Source: Heteronotia binoei (Eukaryota). From it: DNA of 64,000 nt. The DNA lies in NCBI RefSeq assembly GCF_032191835.1, contig NC_083238.1:21824001-21888000 (forward strand), in the 5' to 3' direction. The notes under the pieces are model-generated. The model saw nothing but the letters and a program-made list of their open reading frames with translations. It did no database searches and was not told where the DNA came from. Position numbers and translations under genes: made by a program. Positions 50,554 through 62,104 of the stretch are shown here, piece after piece. Each line of letters opens with the position of its first letter. The stretch's first letter is position 1.

Positions 50554-51069
50554 CGTGTCAGATTAGAATCTGGAAGACCTGGATTAAAACCCATAATCTG
50601 TCATGGAAGTTTGTGCAGTGTTGCCAATGCCAATCTCCAGAGGGCACCTGCAGCTCTCCTGCTACTTCAATTGCTTTCTATATTATCAGATTCAGTTCCC
50701 ACTGGAGAAAATGACTGCTTTGGAAGGTGGACGCTATGGCAATATACCCCAATATATGACAATATTCCCCAAACTCTGCCTCCAGGTATCCTGGGATTTC
50801 CCAACCCAGAGCTGGCAGCCCTACTGCTGGGTTACCTTGGACCACTCCCAAAGTCTAGCTGACTTCACAGGATTGTTGCCATGAGAACGAAACGAATAAA
50901 GGGAGAATGATGCTGTAAACTGTTCCCATTGGGGAGAAAAGTAGAGCATAAATAAATAAAACGAAGAGATTGGAGTAAAGGACAATGAAGCTGTAAACTG
51001 CTTTGGGTCCCCACTGGGGAGAAAAGTGAAGTATAAATACCTAAAATAAATTAAACTGAGACTGCTAGT

Positions 51070-51577
51070 TTATTGGATTTATATTCCGCCCTCCACTCAA
51101 GAGTCTCAGAGCAGCTCACAATCTCCTTTACCTTCCTCCCCCACAACAGACACCCTGTGAGGTGGGTGGGGCTGAGAGGGCTCTCACAGCAGCTGCCCTT
51201 TCAAGGACAACCTCTGCCAGAGCTATGGCTGACCCAAGGCCATTCCAGCAGGTGCAAGTGGAAGAGTGGGGAATCAAACTCGGTTCTCCCAGATAAGAAG
51301 ATGATGATGATATTGGATTTATATCCCGCCCTCCACTCCGAAGAGTTTCAGAGCGGCTCACAATCTCCTTTACCTTCCTCCGCCGCAACAGACACCCTGT
51401 GAGGTGGGTGGGGCTGGAGAGGGCTCTCACAGCAGCTGCCCTTTCAAGGACGACCTTTGCCAGAGCTATGGCTGACCCAAGGCCATTCCAGCAGGTGCAA
51501 GTGGAGGAGTGGGGAATCAAACCCGGTTCTCCCAGATAAGAGTCCGCACACTTAATCACTACACCAAACTGGCTCTC
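51070..51577 (-). mobile_element. Head-to-tail Squam3 dimer (left copy 5'-truncated)
   Basis: Two adjacent minus-strand copies joined at about 51297-51300. Confidence 0.85.
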
Positions 51578-54088
51578 ACCAAACTGATTGCGTATTACAA
51601 GTGTTAACTGACAACTCCATTAACAGAATCACATATTCATTGAAGTAGGGATAGCGCAGCTGGGAGTGTAAGCACCACCTATTATACGCAAGAGATATAT
51701 AGCTTGTGACATTCCTGTGCAAAATGCAAAAGTGTGTCATTATAACCGAGAGTAACAAAAGATTAGTTAGCTGTTGCTGGAGTTTACAAGTTGCTTCTAT
51801 ACTGTTCGGTCATTATTGGGTTAACAGCTGTTAGTAAACAGGAAATGACCTAACTGATCTGTAACCAATTAGAAGTTAGCCCAGGAAAATGTGTAGGTGA
51901 TATTAGTTAAATGAGGTGATCTATAGACTTGTAATAGGCTAATCAATATATAGGATGTTTTGCATTCAGGGCCGGCTCTAGACTGTCTGGCAACCTAGAC
52001 GAGGCTAACTTCTGGCACTCCCCCCGGCACTGATAACGTCACCAAGTCACATGGGGAGCACCCAATTTAGTGCCCCAGAAGGCCAGCGCCCTAGACAATC
52101 ACCTAGCGGCAGGACTCGCTGCGTTTTCTGAGCAAAAAGAAGACTCCATTACTGTTTTAGCCACGTGATAGTCAATATTGTGCAGTAGAAACTAGAACGT
52201 TTTCTTTTGTTCTCTACAGAGTCCCCCCCTCCCTTTTGTTTTCAGTAAAGTAACTTTCTCTTTTTTAAAAGCTCTCATTTCTTTAACTCTGCTAATTTTT
52301 AAAGAATATCCGAATAGTTATGGCAAGATATTGAAGTGTGGAGGCTAAGATCTGTTAACCTCCTAGTTAGAATGGAGGAGGGGGGGGGAAGATATAAGCC
52401 ACTTTTAGTCCCTATTGGGGAGAAAGGCAGAGTATAAATGAAGTAAAATAAATACATCAAACAAAAGCATTGATAAATTCGAATTATTTAGCTTCCCACT
52501 GGAGACTTCCTTTGCTGAAAAACGGCGAGCCTCAAGTCAAATTAGACATTTTAAAAAGTCAGAGTCAGAATCCTGTGGTAAAATATTTCAGTCTGCTAGG
52601 ATAGCCTACAGCAGATGCCGTTCTTGAGCAAAGGAACTTCAAAAGGAGATTCCAGTGCAAAATAATAATTTATTGACAGGTTTGATAATATTGACTCTTA
52701 GCCTCCACAAATGTTAAGGAGCTTACCAATAACTAAGCAGTCTGTGATACCACCTATCACAGCTTTGCTTATTGTGTTTGCTGTTTTGCCTAAAAATGTT
52801 ATTATATCTCCTCAAAGCCCTTTAAACCATTGTTCACAACCCCCAAGCCTGCCCTGTATATAATTCGGAAGACTCAGGCTTCGTTTTATGCATTTGACGA
52901 AGTAAACTCTAGGCCCCCGAAAGCTTGCACTTCAATAAAACTGCTACTTTTCAAGATGACACAAGATACTGCTTTTGTGTTAATGTGGGGTTGTTATCCT
53001 GAGATATCTGCCTGCCGCCTCCATGAACAAGAAATTCCGAAGCATTTCAGACACACCCCTTTCGGCTGCTCATTGATCTAGGGACTTGTAAACTTTCTCA
53101 GCGACAGATAACCACTCTTCCACTGTTTATACATGATCTATTAGCACAGAATGAAAGGAAGACTGGTCAGGAGCTTTTAATCTTATCGGGGATTGCCATG
53201 TCTCTTTCAATTTTGATCTGACCTCTTAATATGTAAGCAACTCAGAGGGTCCTTTTACAAGGTAGATGATCTTGTAAACAGACACTCATTTTGTTATTCT
53301 GGAACTGCAACCCCCAACTGCTTGTAGCAATATTTTCCCTCTACCCTGTTAGCAATGTTTTCCCTCTGCTTTCAGAGTGAAAGTAAAGTATCATATGATC
53401 ATATTACACATTTGTCTTCACATAGACTGCCCAAAGACTAACACAATGACTTTAAGGCGGCTTCGTTGTCAGGTAAACTACAGATCATGTCACTGGTATA
53501 CGGTTCATGTCCCTTGCATTCTTAGGTATAGACAGAAATTGTCATGCATGGACTGAGTGCAGAGGACTTTGACCTGCTTAGCCCTGAGTTCAGATCTTTG
53601 CTTGGTAATCAACTTCACTCTGAATAATAATTTTCTCTCAACTAAAGAGTAAAACATAATATAGGACCCTTGTTAGGCATTTTGTACAGCTTTCACCTAA
53701 GATACCTGACAGGGTTACTATAGAAAAGGGTAAGAGTTCCATAGCACTTTTAAGACTAACAACATTTTGTGATGAATTGGCCAGTTTGAGATATTTTTGG
53801 CTTAGTTCAGTTCAGGGTTGGGTTTGGGACTTGCCCCCAAACTGAACAGACTAACGTATGTTGTTAGCCACCCTGAGCCTGCCTAGGCGGGGAGGGCGGG
53901 ATATAAATAAAATTTATTATTATTATTCAGATATCAGACAGGGTTACTATGAAGGTAAACAAGGGAAGGGATCCTAGGAATAACAGTTGAGATACTGGAA
54001 GGAGGGCAGGATACAGATATGATGGGTACATTTCTGACTACATCTAGATATTTCCAAATAGTAGATACTTTTCACCTGTTTTCCAGAC

Positions 54089-54487
54089 TAGGGGTGGACA
54101 TGAAGTGGTTCCTGAACCAAAGTTCATCACAAACTTGACCTGGTTTGGATCCTCCAAACTGATGTTTAGGGAAGGTGGTTTCCCCAAACTTTTACTGGGC
54201 TTTTGTCTGGTCTGGCTGTTTGCGCATTTAAACCTAACAGCTGAACAGCACCATTAAACCTGTCAGTTTCACCCCCCCTCCCCGCTTTGAAGTGGGGGTG
54301 AAGCTGCCAGCCATTTAATTCTTCTTGGGCAATCCTCCCTTTTCTCCAGGCCACAGCTTGTCGCAGCTGTGAGAAAGGGGGATCCGAATTGGCCAGTTTG
54401 AGATATTTTTGGCTTGGTTCAGTTCAGGGTTGGGTTTGGGACTTGCCCCAAACTGAACAGGCATTTTTAGATTCATGACCATCCCTA
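54089..54487. mobile_element. hAT-like MITE, TSD TTCCAGAC
   Basis: Ends TAGGGGTGGACATGAA / TTCATGACCATCCCTA; exact 8-bp TSD. Confidence 0.82.
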
Positions 54488-55117
54488 TTCCAGACCACCA
54501 ATGTGTTTATTTCTGAAATATTTATACCCCGCCTTTGCCATGTGGGCTCAGCTGGCTTGCCTGATTTCATTAAAAACAATCATATGATCATATGAAACCA
54601 CAACCACAAAATATGTTAAAAATAAATAAATCATGGTCAGTTAAAAATGAATAAATCATGATCTCCTTCCCTGTTAGCCAAGACAGAGCAAAATATATAG
54701 TCTGTATATATATTACATTGTAGCTATGTGATGTTGAAGAATCCTATTCATTTTGACACTTGCCCATGTGAAAGAGTAAGGCACAAGTTATCATTGTTCA
54801 TGTGTAAATTTCCAATACTCGTTTGTTAGATTTATAACCTGGAAGTGAGTTCTTCTTTCTTCTTCGTTTCTTTACACAAATACAATGCAGCATTAGATTT
54901 TTGACATTTGGTTTTGTGAGCGTCTGTGAATCTACAGTCAACTAACGGGATTGTTTGGCTATGCAAAACTTAATTAAAAGTAATGACTTAAATTTGTAAT
55001 TAATTAAATGTTGAAATAATTATCTGCACAATGAAACCATGCCAATGTTTTAATTACATTCCTTGCTGGTGACTCCTTTAGGCCTCAATGGTTAAGGGTA
55101 GTTTAAGTTGGGAATAC

Positions 55118-55440
55118 ACATGAAGTTGCCTTATACTGAATCAGACCATCTGTCCATCAGGGTCAGTATTGTCTATTGGCAGTGGCTTTCCAGGGTCTCA
55201 GGAGTAGATCTGAAGGTTATATCCTTAAGTCTCGACGGTTAGGGATAGTAAAAGGTGGGGATGTGCATGAAGCTGCCTTATACTGAATCAGTCCATCAAG
55301 ATTAGTATTGTCCACTCAGACTGGCAATGACTCTCCAGGTTCTCACCTACTACATGGTCCTTTCAACTGGAGATGTCAGGGTTTGAACCCAGGACTTCTG
55401 CATGCAAAGCAGATGGTCTACCACTAAGCCATGGCCCCTC
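55118..55440 (-). mobile_element. Two Squam2-like SINE pieces, 147 bp apart
   Basis: catgaag(t/c)tgccttatactgaatcag at 55119 and 55266; B-box-like sequence near 55380. Confidence 0.7.
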
Positions 55441-56041
55441 CCCTCAGGGAAATTGAAGACACTTGGGATACCACTTGCAGGGGGTGGGGTAGCCCTGATT
55501 TTAAACCATGGCATTCATGGACATATTTGGATAGCCACCATGAGGAATGGTTCCTGATTACTATTGATTGGAGGTGCTTGGCTCTTTAAGGAACCTCCAT
55601 TTGCTAACCAACTGATTGGCAGCAGATTACTGGGAACAGAAGGGTAGGAGCCAGGCAATGCCCTAGGAAGCAGGGACCAGTTTCAGTGATGCCTTCATAA
55701 GAAAAGAAGGAACAGGGCCAAGGAAAATATGGCAACACCAACTCCAGACCAGAGTAGCAGAGTCAGGGAAAGGAGAAGGATATGTGTGCCCCAGAAGTTC
55801 TTCTCTTTTGGTGGTTTTGTCATGGGGAGGGGGGCAGACGGTGGCTTCTGAAAACTAACTCACACATAGAATTTCCCTATTAAATGTTACCGTATATTAC
55901 AATTTCTAACTTTAAAAGATCTCAGAACTCAAAGACTGTCAGTTTTGGGGGGGATCTTGAATTCATTTAAAATAATGGAAATGTGCAACTAACTCAATGG
56001 CTCTTAGCAAAGAACGGGTCCAAGTGACACCACTACTAGAA

Positions 56042-56325
56042 AAAAGGTAAAGGTAGTCCCCTGTACAAGCACCAGTCATTTTCGACTCTGGGGTGATGTT
56101 ACTTTCATGTTTTCACAGCAGACTTTGCCATTGCCTTCCTCAGTCATCTATACTTTCCCTCCAGCAAGCTGGGTACTCATTTTACTGACCTCGGAAGGAT
56201 GGAAGGCTGAGTCAACCTGGAGCCAGCTACCTGAACCAGCTTCCGCTGGGATCGAACTCAGGTTGTAAGCAGAGGGCTCCAACTGCAATACTGCATCTTT
56301 ACCACTCTGCGCCACGAGACTCTCC
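56042..56325. mobile_element. Sauria SINE (Squam1)
   Basis: Same consensus as the 10992 copy, with a small internal deletion. Confidence 0.85.
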
Positions 56326-57146
56326 CTACTACTAGATAACCCAGTGAATAGCATAAAATAGGACTAGGTATAAAGATTTAAACTGCAAATATGGATGAGT
56401 GGAGCAAACGAGGCCTCCAAATGAGGTCTTGGGAAAATGGTGCAGGAAAGAAGGTTGAAGACCCTCCTTCCTTTGTGTTACACTTGTGAGCAGAAACAGG
56501 CTCTGCAATGCTAGAGAATGATAGTTCCCAGATATTCCATGTATTCTGACCTGACCTGCATATAATACTAAGTTCAGCCTTTAGTTGAAATTCAAAGAAA
56601 ACTCCCCAAGCCCTACCTGGTAACCTTAAACAAAGGGCAATCATGAAGACTGCATTGTGACAGATTAAAACCTGGAACTGATAATTTACTATTATTCTGA
56701 AGCAAATAGTGACAATGGAACTGTGAAACGCTCAAAAGCATAACATCTCAGTTTGTACTGTTCGATGTAGCTAAAATATTCTGAACTATATTTTCTTTAA
56801 AAGCAAATTATTAAAGCAAAAGAGAGCAAGTAAACTTAACTTGATTTTTAAAAAAAAATATTTAAAATATTGGTGTTTTGTATATAGTTTCCCCTTAAGT
56901 AGCAGCATTTGCAAGTTGTGAGTCACATAGGTTAGTATCACCTGCTCGAGATTATCAGAGACAAGGATTTCATTCTGACAAATGTTTTCAGTACTCCAAG
57001 TAATACTGAAGCAGTAATGCTGTCCCCATTACTGTGGAGATAAAGATCAATAACAATGCATACAAATAAATTCTGCAAATGTACCCTTTTTAAACAATGA
57101 CAAACGGCTCTGTAAAGTTATAATAAGAAAAAATAGGAAAAAAATT

Positions 57147-57561
57147 GTGGAAAGTTGTGCAAATTATTTGCTAACAAGTGTTTTATCTGAACATAAAAAG
57201 GTGAATTGTTTTTTTTAATAAGGAGCTAAAACACCCCCAATAACTTCAAGACTGGCTATAACCCATCAACGCTTAATGTTATGACAACGTTTGAAGATGC
57301 TTCCTTCAACGAAGATTTTTATTTTTGTATTATATATCAAAAAATATATAAAGAAAAAATAGTGGAAAGTTGTGCAAATTATTTGTTGACAAGTGTTTTA
57401 TCTGAACATAAAAAGGCGAATTGTTTTGTTTTTTTTTAATGTGGAGCTAAAACACCCCCAATAACTTCAAGACCGGCTATAACCCATCAATGCTTAATGT
57501 TATGACAACGTTCGAAGAGGCTTCCTTCAACGAAGATTTTCATTTTTGTATTATATATCAA
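57147..57561. repeat. Tandem duplication, period about 215-221 bp
   Basis: gtggaaagttgtgc at 57147 and 57362; tatatatcaa ends at 57340 and 57561. Confidence 0.92.
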
Positions 57562-57799
57562 TAACACCTTTGAGAATCTCCTTGGTTTTTAAATCCCAAC
57601 AATTCACACGCCTATGATACCGTAAATCCCCCCCCCCCAGGTAAAAAGCGAAACAAAACTTGTGATTGTATGCAAGCCACATTCACTGGTTGCAACACGC
57701 AATGCAAACAGCTCAGGTCCCCCTTTCACAAATACCCAGTTGCTATAAACTCCACACCAACTGCTCTGAAGGATGAACACAATCGCCAACCCCTTAAGC

Positions 57800-58990
57800 A
57801 ACGCGTATAAAGCACGCCAAGTCACAGGTCGGTCAGTCTGGGCAAAGCTGTATCTCGCACACACACACCCCGTTTCCGCTTGCTGACTGCAGCCAGCTCC
57901 CTGATCCCTTTGAATGCCATGCCCCCTTTGCCTCCCCTTTGCCTTCTCGCTGGATCCTGCAAAAGGGGAGGAGGGGGAAGCCAAAGGCCCGGCTCGCCCG
58001 GCAATCCTGCTGAGCCCCTTTCAGCTAATTGGTCCCAGATGCCTCCTGCCTCTTTCCAAGCAACAGGAACTTTGGCCACTCGCAGGAAGGCTGCATGCGC
58101 CAACGGGCTTGGAGGGGTGGAGAGCAAAAGGAAGGGCTGGCCGCGGTGGGCTTGGCCGCGCCCAGCAGTGTCTCGGGTCGCGCTCGGGCGGCCTCTGAAG
58201 CGCAGCGCAGCGCTCCAGGCCAGGCACGGCGAGGGGGAAGCGGCAAGGCGTCCATTGCAACCTGCCTTCCCTTCCCTTCCCCTCCCCTCTCCCCAGCGTG
58301 AGCTCGGCTGCTCCGGGAAGGCGGCCTGAGGGAGGAAGGCGGAAGGCGGGGACTGTTGCCGCCTGTGCTGCTTTCCAATGAGCTCATCCCGCTCGGCTTC
58401 GGCTGGCTGGAGCTGCGAGGAGAGTCCCGCTCGGGACGCGCGCCGAGCCCTTTGCAAGCGCCTCGAAGGCGCTGGACTGCCAGCGACGGCCGGTAAGGCG
58501 GTGGAGATGGTGGGCTTGGCTCCCCCCCGGCCGGCTGTGTGGGGCTTGGGGGGTTTTTACAGGGACTTCTCCCCGCTTGCTTCCCTGCGTGGAAACAAAG
58601 TGGGAAGCGAAGTTTCTGCCTGGGGAATGTGCATGGGCATGCCTGCCTCCCTCCCTCGGCGCTCTGCTGCGCAGTCGCTCCTTTGCAGCGCGCCCATGGG
58701 TGGGTGGCTGGGTGGGTGGGGACCCACTGGGGGGGGGTGCGGAGGCGCTTGCTAGGTGCAAAGGTCGCTCGGGCTGAATTGCCTCGGGGTGGGTGGGGGG
58801 CGACCTTCCCGGGGCCTGCGAGACTTGTGGGGTAGGGGGCGTGAGTGGAGTCGAGCCTATCGCCCGGGAGCCGAGAGGAGGAGTGCGGTTGCCTCTGGAA
58901 TATTAGACGTTGCACCCGCTGGGTTGCGTTGCACCGTCGCAAAATGGGTCCGCTGCCCTGAGGTGGGGGTTGGGTAGAAGGCTGGGATCA
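57800..58990 (+). promoter_or_regulatory. CpG island; probable promoter and non-coding exon 1 (about 58330-58492) of the next gene, likely TANC1
   Basis: Dense CpG, GGCGGG box near 58345, donor-like CG|gtaagg at 58492/58493. TANC1 identity is inferred only from the known PKP4-DAPL1-TANC1 order in other amniotes; no coding sequence seen. Confidence 0.55.
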
Positions 58991-59061
58991 CACTGGAGCC
59001 CTCGACGCCGAAGCTGCTTGAAGACCTCAGTGATGCCTCCAAGGATCCGAGGGGAATGAAC

Positions 59062-59545
59062 AGATGGACCTAGGAAGCTGCCTTCTACTGAAGCAGACCC
59101 TCGGTCCATCAAAGTCAGTATTGGCTGCTCAGACTGGCAGCGGCTCTCCAGGGTCTCAAGCTGAGGTTTCTCACACTTATTTGCCTGGACCCTTTTAGTT
59201 GGAGATGCCGGGGATTGAACCTGGGACCTCCTGCTTCCCAAGCAGATGCTCTACCACTGAGCCACAGCCCCATTCATGGCTCTCCAGGGTCTCAAGCTGA
59301 GGTTTTTCACACTTATTTGCGTGGACCCTTTTAGTTGGAGATGCCGGGGATTGAACCTGGGACCTCCTGCTTCCCAAGCAGATGCTCTACCACTGAGCCA
59401 CAGCCCCATTCATGGCTCTCCAGGGTCTCAAGCTGAGGTTTTTCACACTTATTTGGCTGGACCCTTTTAGTTGGAGATGACAGGGATTGAACCTGGGACC
59501 TCCTGCTTCCCAAGCAGATGCTCCACCACTGAGCCACAGTCCCTC
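59062..59545 (-). mobile_element. Squam2-like tRNA-derived SINE with the 5' 136 bp triplicated
   Basis: Minus strand GGGGCTGTGGCTCAGTGGTAGAGCATCTGCTTGG...GGTTCAATCCC three times; units start at 59145, 59281 and 59417. Confidence 0.85.
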
Positions 59546-61060
59546 CCAAATTCTGGATATGTGGCACAGTGTGCCTTGGCTCTCAGAGATGGATGTCTTC
59601 TGAGGGTCATTTCATATTTGATGTTTCCGAATAGACATTTCTGTATTGGGAGAAATGCGTGTATGCTCATATGTGACACATACTTTTTTGCACTTGACAC
59701 ATGGTGAGTGTTTTGCGGCTCCCCCCCTTTTTTTTTTTTGCATACGAGTGACATCTTTGGGAAGACTAGTGGTATTTGTGGGCTACCAGAGAGAATAGAG
59801 AAGTGTGGTTTAATTAACTAGTAAATTCAACTAAAGCTGAAATTTGGAAAACTTTGCAGAGGGCCTCTGAGCATGTGGAGTGTATTTCCTTCCGCATGGA
59901 ATAACAGCAAAAGCATCTGGGGTTAGGTAAGAGGAAGGACTTTGATGTCGGAAAGTGTAATTTCCTGCCAGGTTAATGCCCTGCAGTTTTCTCTTAGGGA
60001 TTAAACGTTGGTGGTGAGGCTTGGCCTGTATTTCCCACCTTTTGAGAGGGAAATAGTCAATATATCTTGCGCTTTTTTCCTGGGAAGTACATACTTGGAG
60101 GGAACCTAAGCTTGTTGATACTGTCAAAGTATTACACCTAGAGGGCCAGAGAAAGAAATGTCAAGTGTAAATGATTTCCCAATGGCAATGTTCTGTATTC
60201 TTGTAGAACAAGACAAATTATTTTGGCAGTGGGAGTTTGGTGAGGGGGTAACAGGCACATTAGAGTCTTTCTCCAACTAAATGCAGATGATGTGTTAGCA
60301 TTAAAAAAAACCCCTTCAAAACATGGAGGATTTCTTTTGGTTTCTCTCCCCCTCCCTTTGGGAAGTGTTTGGATACTTGAGGAATCCAGTTTTTTGTAAG
60401 GAATCTGTAGTGGGAGGTTGCAGAGTCAGATGACAAATTCCTACCTTGGATGGCTTGGCTCTCTTAACTATTAGAAAGGTTGAGTGTGATAGAGGAGCTA
60501 CCCAGAAAAGGGTGGGGAAATGTTATAGGACAGTATGTGAAGGAATATTCAAGATTAGTCACTTTCTCAGGCAATCAACTGTCTTAAAATTAGAGCCCTG
60601 AGCTAGGAACTGATCCAGAGTTATTTCTTTCTTCTGAGTTGCATGGAACAGCTCATTTGAGTTATTGAAGTGTGCTTCTTTAAAAAGTGAAGTTCTTGCC
60701 CCACCAATATCTCTCCATTGTCTCCCGTTGTTTGTTCTTGTTTTCTGCTTGTGGCGTCCAGTTTGGGCATGCAATGATTTTGAGTTAGGTGCTTGCAAAT
60801 CAGTCCCTGTGATTCTTTCTTGCCTGGTCTGACCTGTGCTTAGTTCTTACCCGATAGAGATTGGTGGAAATCTGTTTGACACTATTTGATAGGTTTATAC
60901 TTTTTTTTGTAAGCTACTTTGATCTTTTTTATATAACGTATTCTCTGTATCCACCAGAGGAAGAAGGACAGACAGGATTACCATAGAAGATTTATATTCT
61001 AACAGGTTGGTTTGTTTGTTTAAAAAAAAATACTAACCTAGCCTAAGCGTAACAATAGTG

Positions 61061-61199
61061 CAGAGGTGGCCAACGGTAGCTCTCCAGATTTTTTTTGCCT
61101 ACAGCTCCCATCAGCCCCAGCCATTGTCTATGCTGGCTGGGGCTGATGGGAGTTGTAGGCAAAAAAAAACATCTGGAGAGCTACCGTTGGCCACCCCTG
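61061..61199. mobile_element. Same palindromic hAT MITE, 8-bp TSD CAATAGTG
   Basis: TIRs and exact TSD read directly. Confidence 0.88.
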
Positions 61200-61667
61200 C
61201 AATAGTGTAATGGTAATGATCAGCAGTTTGTAAGGTGGGTATTTTCTCAGTCTTGAAAATGGCATAGTTTACTATACCACTTCCTGTCAATCCATTTTTT
61301 TTTTAAAAAAAATGTTATGAGGTATGTGAGATGCGGGGAATTATTTGGTAGAACGGGCTTGATCATTACTTGAAGGAACAGCTGAAGCCAGAAATGGTGC
61401 ATTCTGCACTAACACCTCAGTATTCTGCTACCTCATTGTCCTGCATGTGTGAACAGGCCTAGTTCTTAATATACAACTAGTTGCTACTGGTGCCATATCA
61501 ATCCTAGTATTCACATGTAAGAAAGTATGTTCCTATGGTATACAAATGGAGCTGTCTTACTGTTTTGTGTTAGGTGGAGTTACAGTGCTCCTTGATTTCT
61601 CTTGGGTAGACAACTGGTGAATGATTGCATCTAGTGTTGGCAGTGTACCTATAGTTGTAAAGTTATT

Positions 61668-62104
61668 AAGAGATGGAAAGGTGGGAGCTCAAATTGCTGT
61701 TTTTTGAGTTTCTTTTTGCCATGCAGCAGATGCTAAAATGGCACTTCAACAGTATACTTGGAGAGTTTTCTGCTTGGCAAAAGGGGGAGCGCTACTACTT
61801 TGCTAATGGGGCAGTTGACATTTCTTTCTAACTGTGGGACTCTTGATTGCTAGGAGGCAAAGAATTTGGTAGTGTACCTCTAGTCGTGAGGTGATTAGAG
61901 ATGGGAAGAACTCAGATTGCTGCTGCTGTTTTTCCCATTTCTTTTCTGCCATGTGGCAGAGGCTAAAATGGCACTTCAGGAATATACTTGGAAAGGAGAG
62001 TTTTCTGCTTGGCAAAAGGTAGTGTGTTACTGTTTTGCTAATGGGGCAGTTGACATTTCTTTCTAACTGCAGGGCAGTTTTGATCGCAAGGAGGCAAAGA
62101 ATTT
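61668..62104. repeat. Diverged tandem duplication, period about 230 bp
   Basis: ctaaaatggcacttca at 61733 and 61963; gctaatggggcagttgacattt and ggaggcaaagaatttg are also repeated. Confidence 0.88.

Noticed and set aside
58025-58942. 305-aa minus-strand ORF and overlapping 125-211-aa ORFs
   Set aside because: They lie in a CpG island where stop codons are rare; low-complexity Pro/Arg/Ala/Gly composition, no recognisable domain.
59145-59545. tRNA gene cluster
   Set aside because: The heads have A/B boxes but no acceptor stem or T-run terminator, and they continue into SINE body; they are SINE-derived.
60956-61006. Possible short exon (ccaccag|AGGAAG...TAACAG|gttggt) of the downstream gene
   Set aside because: Splice signals are only moderate and I cannot verify it without transcript data.
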